Source: an uncultured Acidobacteriota bacterium (GTDB taxonomy: Bacteria; Acidobacteriota; Thermoanaerobaculia; UBA5066; Gp7-AA6). Taken from it: a stretch of DNA of 64,000 bases. Of this stretch, positions 1 to 9,332 are shown piece by piece. The translations under genes and the position numbers were made by a program. The stretch spans positions 128,001-192,000 of the forward strand of contig CAVXTP010000017.1 of the NCBI GenBank assembly GCA_963764715.1, written 5' to 3'. The notes under the pieces were generated by a model that was given only the letters and a program-made list of their open reading frames with translations, was not told the DNA's origin and did no database searches. The stretch's first letter is position 1. Each line of letters opens with the position of its first letter.

Positions 1-110
1 GAGCGTATTTGGAGGGTGAACACTTCTCCCGTCTTCCCCGGATCCCGTCGGTACAATCCGTCGGTGGTGCCCTCTTTCCTCCTCGTCCGCGCTTTCAGGG
101 TCGCCTGACA

Positions 111-2072
111 ATGCCGAAGCTCGGGCTGACGGGAGGCGGATTCTCCTCCCGCTCGATGCGCGCGGAGCGCCGCGGCCGCGCCGGCTCCGACCGGCCGGAC
201 GAAGCCGGCAGGCCGAAAAAGAAGCTGCCGGTAAAGGTCATCCTCCGGGACGCGTCCGAGCTCATCGCGGCACGCAAGGGCCGGCTCGCCCTCGGCTTCG
301 GCCTTCTCCTCGTCAGCCGGCTCTGCGGCCTGGTGCTGCCCGGGACGACCAAGATCCTCCTGGACGACGTGATCGGGAAGGGGCGCCGCGACCTCCTCGT
401 GACGATCGTCCTGGTTTCGGGGGCTGCAACCCTCGTCCAGGCGATCACCGGTTTCGCCCTCTCCCAGGTCCTCGGAAAGGCGGCCCAGCGCTCGATCACC
501 GACATGCGCCGGTCGGTGCAGCGCCACGTGGGCCGTCTGAAGGTGGCCTTCTTCGACCAGACGAAGACGGGAATCCTCCTCTCCCGGGTCATGACCGACG
601 CCGAAGGGGTCCGGAACCTCGTCGGCACCGGGCTCGTCGAGCTCGCCGGGGGGCTCGTCACCGCCCTCTTCGCCCTCGGAATCCTCTTCTATTTCAGCGC
701 CAAGCTGACGCTCATCGCCCTCGCGGTCCTGTCCCTCTTCGGCCTCGTCCTGCTCTTCGCGTTCAAGACCCTCCGGCCGCTCTTCCGCGAGCGCTCGAAG
801 ATCAACGCCGAGGTCTCGGGACGCCTGACGGAGTCCTTCTCGGGGATCCGCGTGGTCAAGGCCTACCGGGCCGAGCGCCGGGAGGCCCTGGTCTTCACCC
901 GGGGGGTCCACCGGCTCTTCAGCAACGTGGCGAAGACGATGACGGGCTTTTCCGCCGTGGCGGCCTTCTCGACGCTGCTGCTCGGCGTCGTGGGCGTCTC
1001 GATCATGTGGGTCGGCGCCCATGAGATCGAGGCCGGCCGCATGACGGTCGGCTCGTTCGTCTCGTTCACGCTGTACCTGGGCCTCCTCGTCGGGCCGGTG
1101 ATCCAGATCGTCTCGATCGGCAGCCAGATCACCGAGGCCTTCGCCGGCCTCGAGCGGATCCGGGAGCTGCGGGACGAGCTCGCCGAGGACGCCGGCGACC
1201 GCGAGCGCGAGCCGCTCCCGCCGCTCGAAGGGAGAGTCGAGTTCCGGGACGTCTCCTTCTCCTACGAGGAGAACGTGCCGGTCCTGAACGACGTCTCGTT
1301 CGTCGCCTCGCCGGGGACCGTCACGGCCCTCGTCGGCCCGTCGGGCTCGGGCAAGAGCACGATCATCGGCCTCGTCGCGGCCTTCCACCGGCCCACGGCG
1401 GGAACGATCTTCGTCGACGGCCGCGACCTCTCGAAGGTCCGCCTCTCCGACTACCGCGGCCAGATCGGGGTCGTCTTCCAGGACAACTTCCTCTTCGACG
1501 GCAGCGTTTACGAGAACATCGCCTACTCGCGCCCGGAGGCGCCCCGCGAGGACGTGCTCCGGGCCGCCGAGATCGCGCGCTGCGACGAGTTCGTCGTGAA
1601 GCTTCCCCAGGGCTACGACACGATCGTCGGCGAGCGGGGCGTGAAGCTCTCCGGCGGGCAGCGCCAGCGGGTCGCGATCGCCCGCGCGATCCTCGCCGAT
1701 CCCCGGGTCCTGATCCTCGACGAGGCGACCTCCTCGCTCGACAGCGAGAGCGAGGCGCTCATCCAGGAAGGCCTCGCCGAGCTGATGAAGGGGCGGACGA
1801 CCTTCGTCATCGCCCACCGGCTCTCGACGATCCGCCGCGCCGACCTCATCCTCGTCGTCGAGGCCGGCCGGATCGCCGAGCGCGGGCGGCACGAGGAGCT
1901 GCTCGCCCGCGGCGGCCGGTACGCCGACCTCTACAACCGGCAGTACGGGCTGGAGGCGAACCTCTTCCTGAATCCGGGAGAGGGTGTCCGCGTCGAGGAC
2001 GAGGAGAAGGTCCCCGTGGCGGCCGCGGACTCGGGGGCGGTGGGGAGTTTGCCGTTGGTGGGCGGGAATTGA
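111..2072 (+). CDS. ABC transporter, fused permease/ATPase (MsbA/Sav1866-type exporter)
   Basis: N-terminal TM domain; Walker A GPSGSGKS, signature LSGGQRQR, Walker B ILDEATSSLD, H-loop IAHRLST. ATG at 111 preferred over TTG at 9. Confidence 0.93.
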   Translation: MPKLGLTGGGFSSRSMRAERRGRAGSDRPDEAGRPKKKLPVKVILRDASELIAARKGRLALGFGLLLVSRLCGLVLPGTTKILLDDVIGKGRRDLLVTIVLVSGAATLVQAITGFALSQVLGKAAQRSITDMRRSVQRHVGRLKVAFFDQTKTGILLSRVMTDAEGVRNLVGTGLVELAGGLVTALFALGILFYFSAKLTLIALAVLSLFGLVLLFAFKTLRPLFRERSKINAEVSGRLTESFSGIRVVKAYRAERREALVFTRGVHRLFSNVAKTMTGFSAVAAFSTLLLGVVGVSIMWVGAHEIEAGRMTVGSFVSFTLYLGLLVGPVIQIVSIGSQITEAFAGLERIRELRDELAEDAGDREREPLPPLEGRVEFRDVSFSYEENVPVLNDVSFVASPGTVTALVGPSGSGKSTIIGLVAAFHRPTAGTIFVDGRDLSKVRLSDYRGQIGVVFQDNFLFDGSVYENIAYSRPEAPREDVLRAAEIARCDEFVVKLPQGYDTIVGERGVKLSGGQRQRVAIARAILADPRVLILDEATSSLDSESEALIQEGLAELMKGRTTFVIAHRLSTIRRADLILVVEAGRIAERGRHEELLARGGRYADLYNRQYGLEANLFLNPGEGVRVEDEEKVPVAAADSGAVGSLPLVGGN

Positions 2073-2266
2073 GGCGGGGCTTGTCCCCGCCCTCTTGGCA
2101 GTAAGCGGTAAGCAGGGGTACGAAAAAGGGCGGCCACCACCCGGCCACCGAAGGCATACCCCCGGCAGTAGGGAACGCCACGCGAAGCGCGGCGTTAACG
2201 CCGCCCCGACTTTGTCCGGGCGATGGTTACGGAACGTCAGAGTAGGGGCGGGGCTCGTCCCCGCCC
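2073..2266. repeat. Intergenic repeat cluster: two GTAG-type REP palindromes (2073-2092 lacking GTAG; 2242-2266), short heptamer run (2098-2118) and a spacer motif also found at 39271
   Basis: GTAGGGGCGGGGCTCGTCCCCGCCC and GGCGGGGCTTGTCCCCGCCC match copies at 19799, 23430, 42412, 49963. Confidence 0.85.
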
Positions 2267-2271
2267 TTTTC

Positions 2272-2988
2272 TCAGTCTCTCCGACCGCCGAGGAACCGCA
2301 GCATGAAGAGGAACAGGTTGATGAAGTCGAGGTACAGCGAGAGCGCCCCGACGACGGCGTAGGAGCCGACCTGGCCCTCCGGAACGGCGACGGCCATCGC
2401 CTTCAGCTTCTGCGCGTCCCAGGCCGTGAGGCCCGTGAACACGATGACGCCGACGATCGAGATGACGAACTGCAGCCCCTCGGACTTGACGAACATTCCG
2501 ACGACCGAGGCGAGGATCACGCCGATCAGGCCCATGAAGACGAACTGGCCGACGCCGGCGAGGCTGCGTTTCGTGGTCGTCCCGTAGAGCGCCAGCGCGC
2601 CGAACATGCCGGCCGTCACCGCGAAGGTCGTCGCGATCGAGGTGCCGGTGTAGGCGATGAAGATCATCGCGAGGGTGGCGCCGTTCAACGCCGAGTAGAG
2701 CAGGAAGAGGCCCGAGGCCGTGGCCGGCGCGATCTTGTTGACGCGGGCCGAGAGGTAGAACACCAGGCCGAGCTCCGCGATGATCAGGCCGAAGAAGAGA
2801 AGCTTGTTGCCGAAGATCGCCTGCAGGAGCGTCGGCGAGCCCGCCACCCCCAGCGAGACCGCGGCCGTCACGCCGAGGCCGACGAACATCCAGCCGTAGA
2901 CCTTGCGCAGGAACGCCGTCACCCTCTCCGCGGTGGCCGCGGCCGTCGGCGAAAAGGCGGTCGGCGGGGTCATTTCGAATTCGTTCAT
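2272..2988 (-). CDS. Bax inhibitor-1/YccA family membrane protein
   Basis: About 7 TM segments; FLRKVYGWM start, TAWDAQKLK, ALSLYLDFINLFL C-terminal motif; SD GGAGG and TAGAAT upstream. Confidence 0.92.
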   Translation of the reverse strand: MNEFEMTPPTAFSPTAAATAERVTAFLRKVYGWMFVGLGVTAAVSLGVAGSPTLLQAIFGNKLLFFGLIIAELGLVFYLSARVNKIAPATASGLFLLYSALNGATLAMIFIAYTGTSIATTFAVTAGMFGALALYGTTTKRSLAGVGQFVFMGLIGVILASVVGMFVKSEGLQFVISIVGVIVFTGLTAWDAQKLKAMAVAVPEGQVGSYAVVGALSLYLDFINLFLFMLRFLGGRRD

Positions 2989-3059
2989 TTGTCCTCCGAG
3001 AGGGGCATTCTATGCCCCCGATGTAAACGGCCGGGGAGGGGTCGGGGATTCCCGAGGGG

Positions 3060-3539
3060 TCAGTTGACCCGGTAGCGCAGCTCCTCGAGGAACCGGAGCG
3101 CGACCGGATCGTCCGGGCTCTCCGCGAGCGCCCCCTCGAACTCCAGCAGCGCCTCCGCGATCTCGCCGCGCGCCGCCCGCAGCCGCCCGAGGTTCAGGTA
3201 CGGGAAGTGCCGCGGCTCGTAGCGCGGCGCCTTCTTGGCCTTCTCGAACCAGCCGATGGCGTCCTCGGTCTCGCCCTGCTCGACGAGATAGCAGCCGATG
3301 TCGTTGTACGGATTGCCGAAGTCCGGATCGGTCGCGATCGCTTTCCGGCACTCCTCGATCGCCTCGGGCAGGCGGCCGGCGAACGAGTACGCCCAGCCGC
3401 GAAAGGTGTAGGCCTCGGCGGTGGGCTCGGTTTCGAGCGAGCGCGTGAAGAGCGAAATCGCGTCCTCGAGGTCGCCCGACAGCAGGCGGTCGGTGCCCTC
3501 GCGCCAGAGCTCCAGGGCCCGCTCCGATCGCGCGCTCAC
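3060..3539 (-). CDS. TPR-repeat protein
   Basis: TPR repeats (AYTFRGWAY, PYNDIGCYL, PYLNLGRL); GTG start 6 nt after TATAAT. Confidence 0.85.
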   Translation of the reverse strand: MSARSERALELWREGTDRLLSGDLEDAISLFTRSLETEPTAEAYTFRGWAYSFAGRLPEAIEECRKAIATDPDFGNPYNDIGCYLVEQGETEDAIGWFEKAKKAPRYEPRHFPYLNLGRLRAARGEIAEALLEFEGALAESPDDPVALRFLEELRYRVN

Positions 3540-3566
3540 GGAACGATTATAGAATCGAGACCTCCC

Positions 3567-4007
3567 GTGAACGACGACCGGAAGTACCGCCATCGCGGCT
3601 ACCAGGAGTCCGACCGCGACTCCTCTCCACGGCGCCCGTCCGGACCGCGGCCGGATCGCGACGACGGCGCGCCGCGCGGGCGCGGCATCGACCAGAACAA
3701 GGCCGTCGTCTTCCGCTGCAAGCACTGCGGCGAGAAGGTCCTGGACCTCGACTCGATCGCCGTGGGAGCGACCTGCCGCAAGTGCGGCGAGGCGCTGCAC
3801 GCCTGCAGCCAGTGCACCCACTTCGATACCTCGGCCCGCTTCGAGTGCACGCAGCCGATCCCGGCGAGGATCGCGTCGAAGAAGGCCGCCAACGACTGCA
3901 CGTTCTATTCCCCGGCGAAGACCTTCGATCTGACGGGCAGCCGCGGCACGGTGGCGACTCCCGACGACGCCCGCTCCGCTTTCGACGCGCTGTTTCGTAA
4001 GTCGTAG
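3567..4007 (+). CDS. Cys-rich, probable zinc-binding conserved hypothetical protein
   Basis: CKHC, CRKC, CSQC plus two further Cys; charged N-terminus; GTG start downstream of TAGAAT. Confidence 0.78.
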   Translation: MNDDRKYRHRGYQESDRDSSPRRPSGPRPDRDDGAPRGRGIDQNKAVVFRCKHCGEKVLDLDSIAVGATCRKCGEALHACSQCTHFDTSARFECTQPIPARIASKKAANDCTFYSPAKTFDLTGSRGTVATPDDARSAFDALFRKS

Positions 4008-4032
4008 GGGGCGGGTGGCCGCGAGGCCGTCC

Positions 4033-4734
4033 CTATTCTCGTTCCGCCAGCCGGACCGCCCTCCGCAGCACCGCCCGGAGCATCGCCGGCGTCAGCTTCC
4101 CGGTGAACGTGTTCTGCTGGCTGGGGTGATACGTCGCGAGGAGCCGGTCCTCGCCGATCCGCCAGCCCGCGCCGTGCGCGAACCGGGGCTTCGGCTTCGG
4201 CAGGACCGCACCCTCGGCCGCGAGAACGTCGAGGCACGCCGCGAACGCGAGCGCTCCGAGGGCCACGAGGACCCTCGGCCGGCCGAGCGCCGCGAGCTCG
4301 CGCGCGAGGTACCCGCGGCAGTTGGCGAGCTCCTCCGGCAGGGGGCGGTTGTCCGGAGGCGCACAGCGGCAGGCGGCGCTGACGAGAGCCCCGGCGAGCG
4401 CGAGGCCGTCGCCGCGCGCGGTCGACTCGGGCTGGCTCGCGAGCCCCACCGCGTGGAGCGCCGCGAAGAGAAACCGTCCCGACTCGTCGCCCGTGAACAT
4501 CCGCCCGGTGCGGTTCCCGCCGTGGGCGGCCGGCGCGAGACCCACGAGGACGATCCGCGCCGCGGGATCGCCGAAGCAGGGCACGGGCTTCGCCCAGTAC
4601 GCCTGCCCGGCGAACCGGCGCGGCGGATGACGCGCCGCCTCCTCGCGCCACGCCACGAGCCGCGGGCAGCGCCGGCACGCGACGACCTCGCGCTCGATCG
4701 AGGCGATCGCGCGGCCTGTCCTCCGATCCGTCAT
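4033..4734 (-). CDS. udgB: Uracil-DNA glycosylase, family 5 (UdgB-like)
   Basis: CRRCPRL Fe-S motif, GLAPAAHGGNRTG motif A, YHPSQQN motif B; ATGA overlap with upstream gene. Confidence 0.92.
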   Translation of the reverse strand: MTDRRTGRAIASIEREVVACRRCPRLVAWREEAARHPPRRFAGQAYWAKPVPCFGDPAARIVLVGLAPAAHGGNRTGRMFTGDESGRFLFAALHAVGLASQPESTARGDGLALAGALVSAACRCAPPDNRPLPEELANCRGYLARELAALGRPRVLVALGALAFAACLDVLAAEGAVLPKPKPRFAHGAGWRIGEDRLLATYHPSQQNTFTGKLTPAMLRAVLRRAVRLAERE

Positions 4735-6068
4735 GGCGTCCGGCGAAACACGACGACCGCCTTCCGGCCCGACACACGCCGGACCTCGCGAAAGCCCCGG
4801 CGCTCGAGCAGCTCCCGATCCGCCGGCGCGAGATCGGCCGCGTAGAAGGAAGCGGCGTCCACGCCGGCGAGCGCGGGCTCGGCGAGCCCGATCGGAGTCC
4901 GCGGCTCCAGATCCCGGATGTCGACGCCGGGGCCGAGCATCAGCCGGTCCCCGTAGGCCCAGGCCTGCTCGAGCAGAACCGCGCGCACGCCGAGCGAGCG
5001 CAGGTAGGAGGCGGCCTCGACGGCGGACCGCGACTTCTCGCGCATCAGCGCGAGGGTGCGCTCGGCGCCCCACGCCGGCGCGAGGACCAGGGCGGCGACG
5101 CCGGCGGCCCGCCGCCACCGCTGCGCCGAGGCGAGAAGGTCGGCGCACCCGAGCCCCATGAGAAGGGCGAGCATCGGAATCGCCGCCTGGAGGTAGCGAT
5201 AGGCCTTGTACGCGAAGATCGAGTACCCCGCCACGACGAAGAGAAGCAGAAGCGCCGGCTGCTTCCAGCCCTTGCGGCGGGTCGCGGCGAGCACGAGCAG
5301 CACCGCGACCGGGCCCGCCCACCGCAGCACCGACTCTCCGTACCAGAACCAGGGCTTGTCGTAGCGCGGGAAGCTCGGGGGCGGATTCAGGTACGTGATC
5401 CGGACGAATTCCGAAAGGCTCGCGAAGGGACGGCCCCAGGTCAGCGCGTCGGTCAAACCGACGCAGACCGCGGCGCCGGCGAGGAACCCGGAGAGAGCCA
5501 GGCCGAGCGCCACGACGCGCCGATGCCGCGCCCAGACCACCCAGAGGAAGGGCAGCAGGAGGACGCCTTCGCTGAAACGAACGGCGAAGGCGGCGCCCGC
5601 GAGAAAGCCGCCGGGGACCGTCCAGGCGGCCCGGCGCTCCAGCGCGAGCATCAGGGCGAGCATGAAGAACATCGTCGAGATCGGCCGCGGGTAGGGCGTC
5701 GCCCCGTAGCCGAGCGGCAGCCAGTGGGTCGCGTAGAAAAACGCCGCGAGGGTCGCCGCGCGACGCGGCCACCCGAGAAGAACGCCGACGCGAAAGACGA
5801 TCCCGACCGTGGCGGTCGAAGCCGCGAGCGTCGGCAACGCGGCGAGCCAGGCGACGTCGAGCGGGCCTCGCCATCCGAGCATCGCGCCGGCCCCGAGGAC
5901 CGGCGCGACGAGGACGGCGGGATGGAAGAGGCATCGGAGCGACCACGGCGTGTAGTCGAGCGCGAGGGCGTACTTCGCAGCCGCTTCCACGACCTCCAGG
6001 TCGTCGCCCGACAGAAAGCCGTCGAAGCGCACCGCGAGAACGAGCTTCGACGCGGCGACGGCCGTCAT
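4731..6068 (-). CDS. GT-C fold membrane glycosyltransferase (Alg9/PIG-B-like mannosyltransferase)
   Basis: Polytopic; N-terminal loop GDDLEVVEAA..PWSLR, later YKAYRYL motif; true start may lie a little upstream. Confidence 0.72.
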   Translation of the reverse strand: MTAVAASKLVLAVRFDGFLSGDDLEVVEAAAKYALALDYTPWSLRCLFHPAVLVAPVLGAGAMLGWRGPLDVAWLAALPTLAASTATVGIVFRVGVLLGWPRRAATLAAFFYATHWLPLGYGATPYPRPISTMFFMLALMLALERRAAWTVPGGFLAGAAFAVRFSEGVLLLPFLWVVWARHRRVVALGLALSGFLAGAAVCVGLTDALTWGRPFASLSEFVRITYLNPPPSFPRYDKPWFWYGESVLRWAGPVAVLLVLAATRRKGWKQPALLLLFVVAGYSIFAYKAYRYLQAAIPMLALLMGLGCADLLASAQRWRRAAGVAALVLAPAWGAERTLALMREKSRSAVEAASYLRSLGVRAVLLEQAWAYGDRLMLGPGVDIRDLEPRTPIGLAEPALAGVDAASFYAADLAPADRELLERRGFREVRRVSGRKAVVVFRRTP

Positions 6069-6152
6069 GATCCCGAGGACGATCCGAAGGTCGAGATCCG
6101 GCGCCGGGGTCGGGGCGGTCCGCGTCGGGCCCGGTCGATTCCGGAGAATGCT

Positions 6153-6614
6153 TCAGTCCCGCCGGTAGGTTCCGATGAGCTTCGCCTGTGCGAGGATCCG
6201 GCCTTTCATCGCCGACTCGAGCTCGGCCTTCGTGGCGCCGGGCGGAAGGCCGAGGACCCGATCGAGGGCGTAGAGCCGGAACTCGTAGTGGTGCACTCCG
6301 TGGCCCCGGGGCGGGGCCGGTCCGCCCCAGCCGAGCTCTCCGTAGTCGGTCCGGCCGTGCGTGCCGCCCGCGGGGTGCCGCTCCGCCTTGACGACGGCGC
6401 CCGGCAGCGTCGAGACCGAAGGCGGCAGGTCGTAGAGGACCCAGTGGACCCAGGTGCCGCGCGGGGCATCCGGGTCGTCGCAGACGAGGGCGAGGCTCTT
6501 CGCCTCCTTCGGGACCCCGGACCACGACAGCGGCGGCTGGGAGTCGGCGCCGTCCCGCGAGTGCACCGAGGGGATCGGGGCGCCGTCGCGGAAGGCCGAG
6601 CTCTCGAGCCGCAT
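6153..6614 (-). CDS. YbhB/YbcL family PEBP (Raf kinase inhibitor-like) protein
   Basis: DDPDAP, WVHWVLYD, GPAPPRGHGVHHYEFRLYALD; SD GAGG, ATG at 6614. Confidence 0.93.
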   Translation of the reverse strand: MRLESSAFRDGAPIPSVHSRDGADSQPPLSWSGVPKEAKSLALVCDDPDAPRGTWVHWVLYDLPPSVSTLPGAVVKAERHPAGGTHGRTDYGELGWGGPAPPRGHGVHHYEFRLYALDRVLGLPPGATKAELESAMKGRILAQAKLIGTYRRD

Positions 6615-6616
6615 CG

Positions 6617-6784
6617 CTACTTCTTCGCCGGAAGCCCCTTCGGAACGCCCATCTCGCGCCACCGCTTCTTCTTCTCTTCCCAGTCCCTCTCGGCGCGCTT
6701 GCGATTGGCCGCGGCGGCCGCCGCCCGCGCGTCGTCGGGGTTCTCGGGCGGCGTTTCCCTCCGGGAGTCGTCGGCTTCCGTCAC
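6617..6784 (-). CDS. Small 55-aa charged hypothetical protein (absent from ORF track)
   Basis: GTG 6 nt after TAGAAT; VTEADDSRRETPPENPDDARAAAAAANRKRAERDWEEKKKRWREMGVPKGLPAKK*; stop 2 nt before ybhB start. Confidence 0.6.
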   Translation of the reverse strand: MTEADDSRRETPPENPDDARAAAAAANRKRAERDWEEKKKRWREMGVPKGLPAKK

Positions 6785-6813
6785 GCACTCATTCTAGCCG
6801 AGCGCCGCGCGAC

Positions 6814-6841
6814 AAAAAAAAGGCCGCCCTCGCGGGCGGCC
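6814..6841 (-). terminator. Rho-independent terminator
   Basis: GGCCGCCC-GCGA-GGGCGGCC followed by T8 on minus strand. Confidence 0.88.
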
Positions 6842-6865
6842 AGGGGACGGAAAGCCGGGAACCGG

Positions 6866-8011
6866 TCAGGGGTTGACGACAACCGTGCCGGTCATCGCCT
6901 GGTCGTGGACGATGCAGTAGTAGGGGAACGATCCCGCGGTGTTGAACGTGTGGGTCAGGCTGTCGCCGGACTGCGCCGGCCCGGAGCTGAACTGGCCGGC
7001 CGGGGTGCACGGGGGGCAGGGACCCGATTCGACGTTGTGCGTGCCGGACACCCAGACCCAGTGCACCGTGTCGCCGACGTGGATCGTCGACGTGCTGTTG
7101 CCGCTGACCTGGTCGACGTAGTTCGTCCCGCCCTGGCCGACGTTCACGGTCCGCGTCGAGCCGGCGGGCGGCGTCGGGGTCCGCGTCGGACTTGGCGTCG
7201 GCGTCGCATTCGGCTGGGTCGGCGTCACGGTCGGGCCGCTCGGCGTGATCGCCTGCTGCGGCAGGTCCTGCGCGCCGACGACGAAGATCGGGTCGGTCGT
7301 GTGGTTGTCGATGACCGCCGCATACGAGAAGACCGACTGCGTCGACGACACGACGATGATCGCGTTCTCGGTCGCGTGCCCGGCGCCGCCCGCCACGTCG
7401 AAGATCCGGTTGACCTGGCCGCCGGAGTGCCCGGCGATCGAGCGGGTCACGGGATTTCCGACCTGGTTGCCTCCGTCGAAGATCGTGAAGGTCACCGTGG
7501 CGGCGGCGTCCTGCGGATTGAAGACTCCGACGTTGGTGCGAAATCCGTCGCCCGGACCCCCGTTGCGGATGGACGTCAGGACCGTCGTCGGATGGGCGTC
7601 CGACGTGTCGAGCCCGCCGATGAACATCCCGACGGTGGGCGTCGGCGCCGTCGAGAACAGCCGGCTCGTCACGACGAGCTGATCGCTGTCCCCGTTGTGC
7701 TCGAACTCGATTCCGCCGGCCGAGTTCGGGGTGTTGAACTGCGACACCACGATGTCGTCGAAGGCCCGCGACTCGCGGGGCGCCAGCGTGAACGGCACCG
7801 ACGGCGTCGTGGGAGTGCAGGGGCTCGGGATGAAGCACCGGTAGCGCGCCTCGACCGCGAGCGCGTTGGTGTACGACGTGTTGAACGCGCGAACGTCCGA
7901 GAAGAACGGCGCTCCGCCGACGATCGACGCCGCCGCCGGCAGCGTGACTTCCTCGGCCAGGACCGACCCGCCCGCCAGACCCGCAAAGACCAGAAACAAG
8001 AATTTCCGCAT
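6866..8011 (-). CDS. Secreted protein with C-terminal cupredoxin (type-1 Cu) domain
   Basis: Signal peptide; beta-rich N-domain (DGFRTNVGVFN); PT linker; HNV...YYCIVHDQAMTG = H/C/H/M blue-copper ligands. Confidence 0.85.
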   Translation of the reverse strand: MRKFLFLVFAGLAGGSVLAEEVTLPAAASIVGGAPFFSDVRAFNTSYTNALAVEARYRCFIPSPCTPTTPSVPFTLAPRESRAFDDIVVSQFNTPNSAGGIEFEHNGDSDQLVVTSRLFSTAPTPTVGMFIGGLDTSDAHPTTVLTSIRNGGPGDGFRTNVGVFNPQDAAATVTFTIFDGGNQVGNPVTRSIAGHSGGQVNRIFDVAGGAGHATENAIIVVSSTQSVFSYAAVIDNHTTDPIFVVGAQDLPQQAITPSGPTVTPTQPNATPTPSPTRTPTPPAGSTRTVNVGQGGTNYVDQVSGNSTSTIHVGDTVHWVWVSGTHNVESGPCPPCTPAGQFSSGPAQSGDSLTHTFNTAGSFPYYCIVHDQAMTGTVVVNP

Positions 8012-8120
8012 GACGACCTCCTCGAGACATCCTCGAGACCGCAGGCTATGGCCCGGCCCGGCCCGCGAGGCCCCGTTTTAGGAAGCCTTCAGAATGCCGC
8101 ACGTATAATGCTCAGCCGTC

Positions 8121-9332
8121 GTGACTTCCGCTTCGTCCGCCCTGGAGTTTCTGCGCCGCGGCTCGGTCGACCTGATCGAGGAGGCGGACCTCGCCCGCAA
8201 GATCGCGCGCGGCCCGGTCACCGTCAAAGTCGGTTTCGATCCCTCCGCGCCCGACATCCACCTCGGGCACACGGTGGTCCTGCGCAAGATGCGCCACTTC
8301 CAGGACGCCGGGCACCGGGTCGTCTTCGTGATCGGCGACTTCACCGGGGCGATCGGCGATCCGTCGGGCAAGAAGACGACCCGCCCCCAGCTGACGCGCG
8401 AGGAGATCGAGGAGAACGCCCGCACGTACACGAAACAGGCGTTCAAGATCCTCGACGCGGACAAGACGGTCATCGAGTTCAACGGCAAGTGGCTGAACGC
8501 CCTCGGCGCCGCCGGGCTGGTCCGCCTGGCGTCGCGGATCACGGTCGCCCGGATCCTCGAGCGCGACGACTTCCAGAAACGCTGGAGGGCGAACCAGCCG
8601 ATCGCCCTCCACGAGCTGCTCTACCCGCTCGCCCAGGGCTACGACTCGGTGGCGCTCAAGGCCGACGTCGAGCTCGGCGGAACCGACCAGCTCTTCAACC
8701 TGCTCGTGGGCCGCGACCTGATGCGCGCCGAGGGGCTGGAGCCCCAGGTCGTCATGACGCTGCCGCTCCTCGTCGGAATCGACGGCGTCGAGAAGATGTC
8801 GAAGTCGCTCGGCAACGCGATCGGCGTCCTCGACCCGCCGGGCGAGATGTACGGCAAGGTCATGTCGATCCCCGACGCGCTCCTCTGGAGCTGGTACGAG
8901 CTCCTGACGGACGCGCCGGCCGAGGAGATCGCGGCGCGGCGCCGCCGCGTCCAGGCCGGCCAGGAGAATCCGCGCGACGCCAAGGCCGAGCTCGCGCGCC
9001 GCATCACGACGGACTTCCACGGCGCCGAGGCCGCGGACCGGGCGGCCGAGGACTTCCGCCGGGCGTTCTCGCGCGGCGAGGTGCCCGCGGACGTCGAGAC
9101 GAAGGAGCTTCCCGCCGAGGGCGGCGGCCCGGCCGCGAAGACGCTCGTGGCGCTCGGGCTCTGCCCCTCGATGCGCGACGCGCGCCGGAAGCTCGAGGAG
9201 GGAGCGCTGAAGGTCTACGCCGACGGCGCGGGCGAGCCGCGCGAGGTCCGCGATCCCGAAGAAAAGCTCGCCCGACCCGGCGCGTCGGTGCTGCGCCTGG
9301 GGCGCCGCTTCATCCGCGTGGTCTGGAAGTAA
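8121..9332 (+). CDS. tyrS: Tyrosine--tRNA ligase
   Basis: GFDPSAPDIHLGH (HIGH), QGYDSV, GGTDQLFN, KMSKS; C-terminal S4-like domain. Confidence 0.97.
   Translation: MTSASSALEFLRRGSVDLIEEADLARKIARGPVTVKVGFDPSAPDIHLGHTVVLRKMRHFQDAGHRVVFVIGDFTGAIGDPSGKKTTRPQLTREEIEENARTYTKQAFKILDADKTVIEFNGKWLNALGAAGLVRLASRITVARILERDDFQKRWRANQPIALHELLYPLAQGYDSVALKADVELGGTDQLFNLLVGRDLMRAEGLEPQVVMTLPLLVGIDGVEKMSKSLGNAIGVLDPPGEMYGKVMSIPDALLWSWYELLTDAPAEEIAARRRRVQAGQENPRDAKAELARRITTDFHGAEAADRAAEDFRRAFSRGEVPADVETKELPAEGGGPAAKTLVALGLCPSMRDARRKLEEGALKVYADGAGEPREVRDPEEKLARPGASVLRLGRRFIRVVWK

Noticed and set aside
7160-7245. Repetitive GGCGTC motifs
   Set aside because: Encode a Pro-Thr linker, not a DNA element.
9310-9332. 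Convergent overlap of fur and tyrS 3' ends as antisense regulation
   Set aside because: Only 23 nt and within a non-conserved-looking Fur tail; common in compact high-GC genomes.
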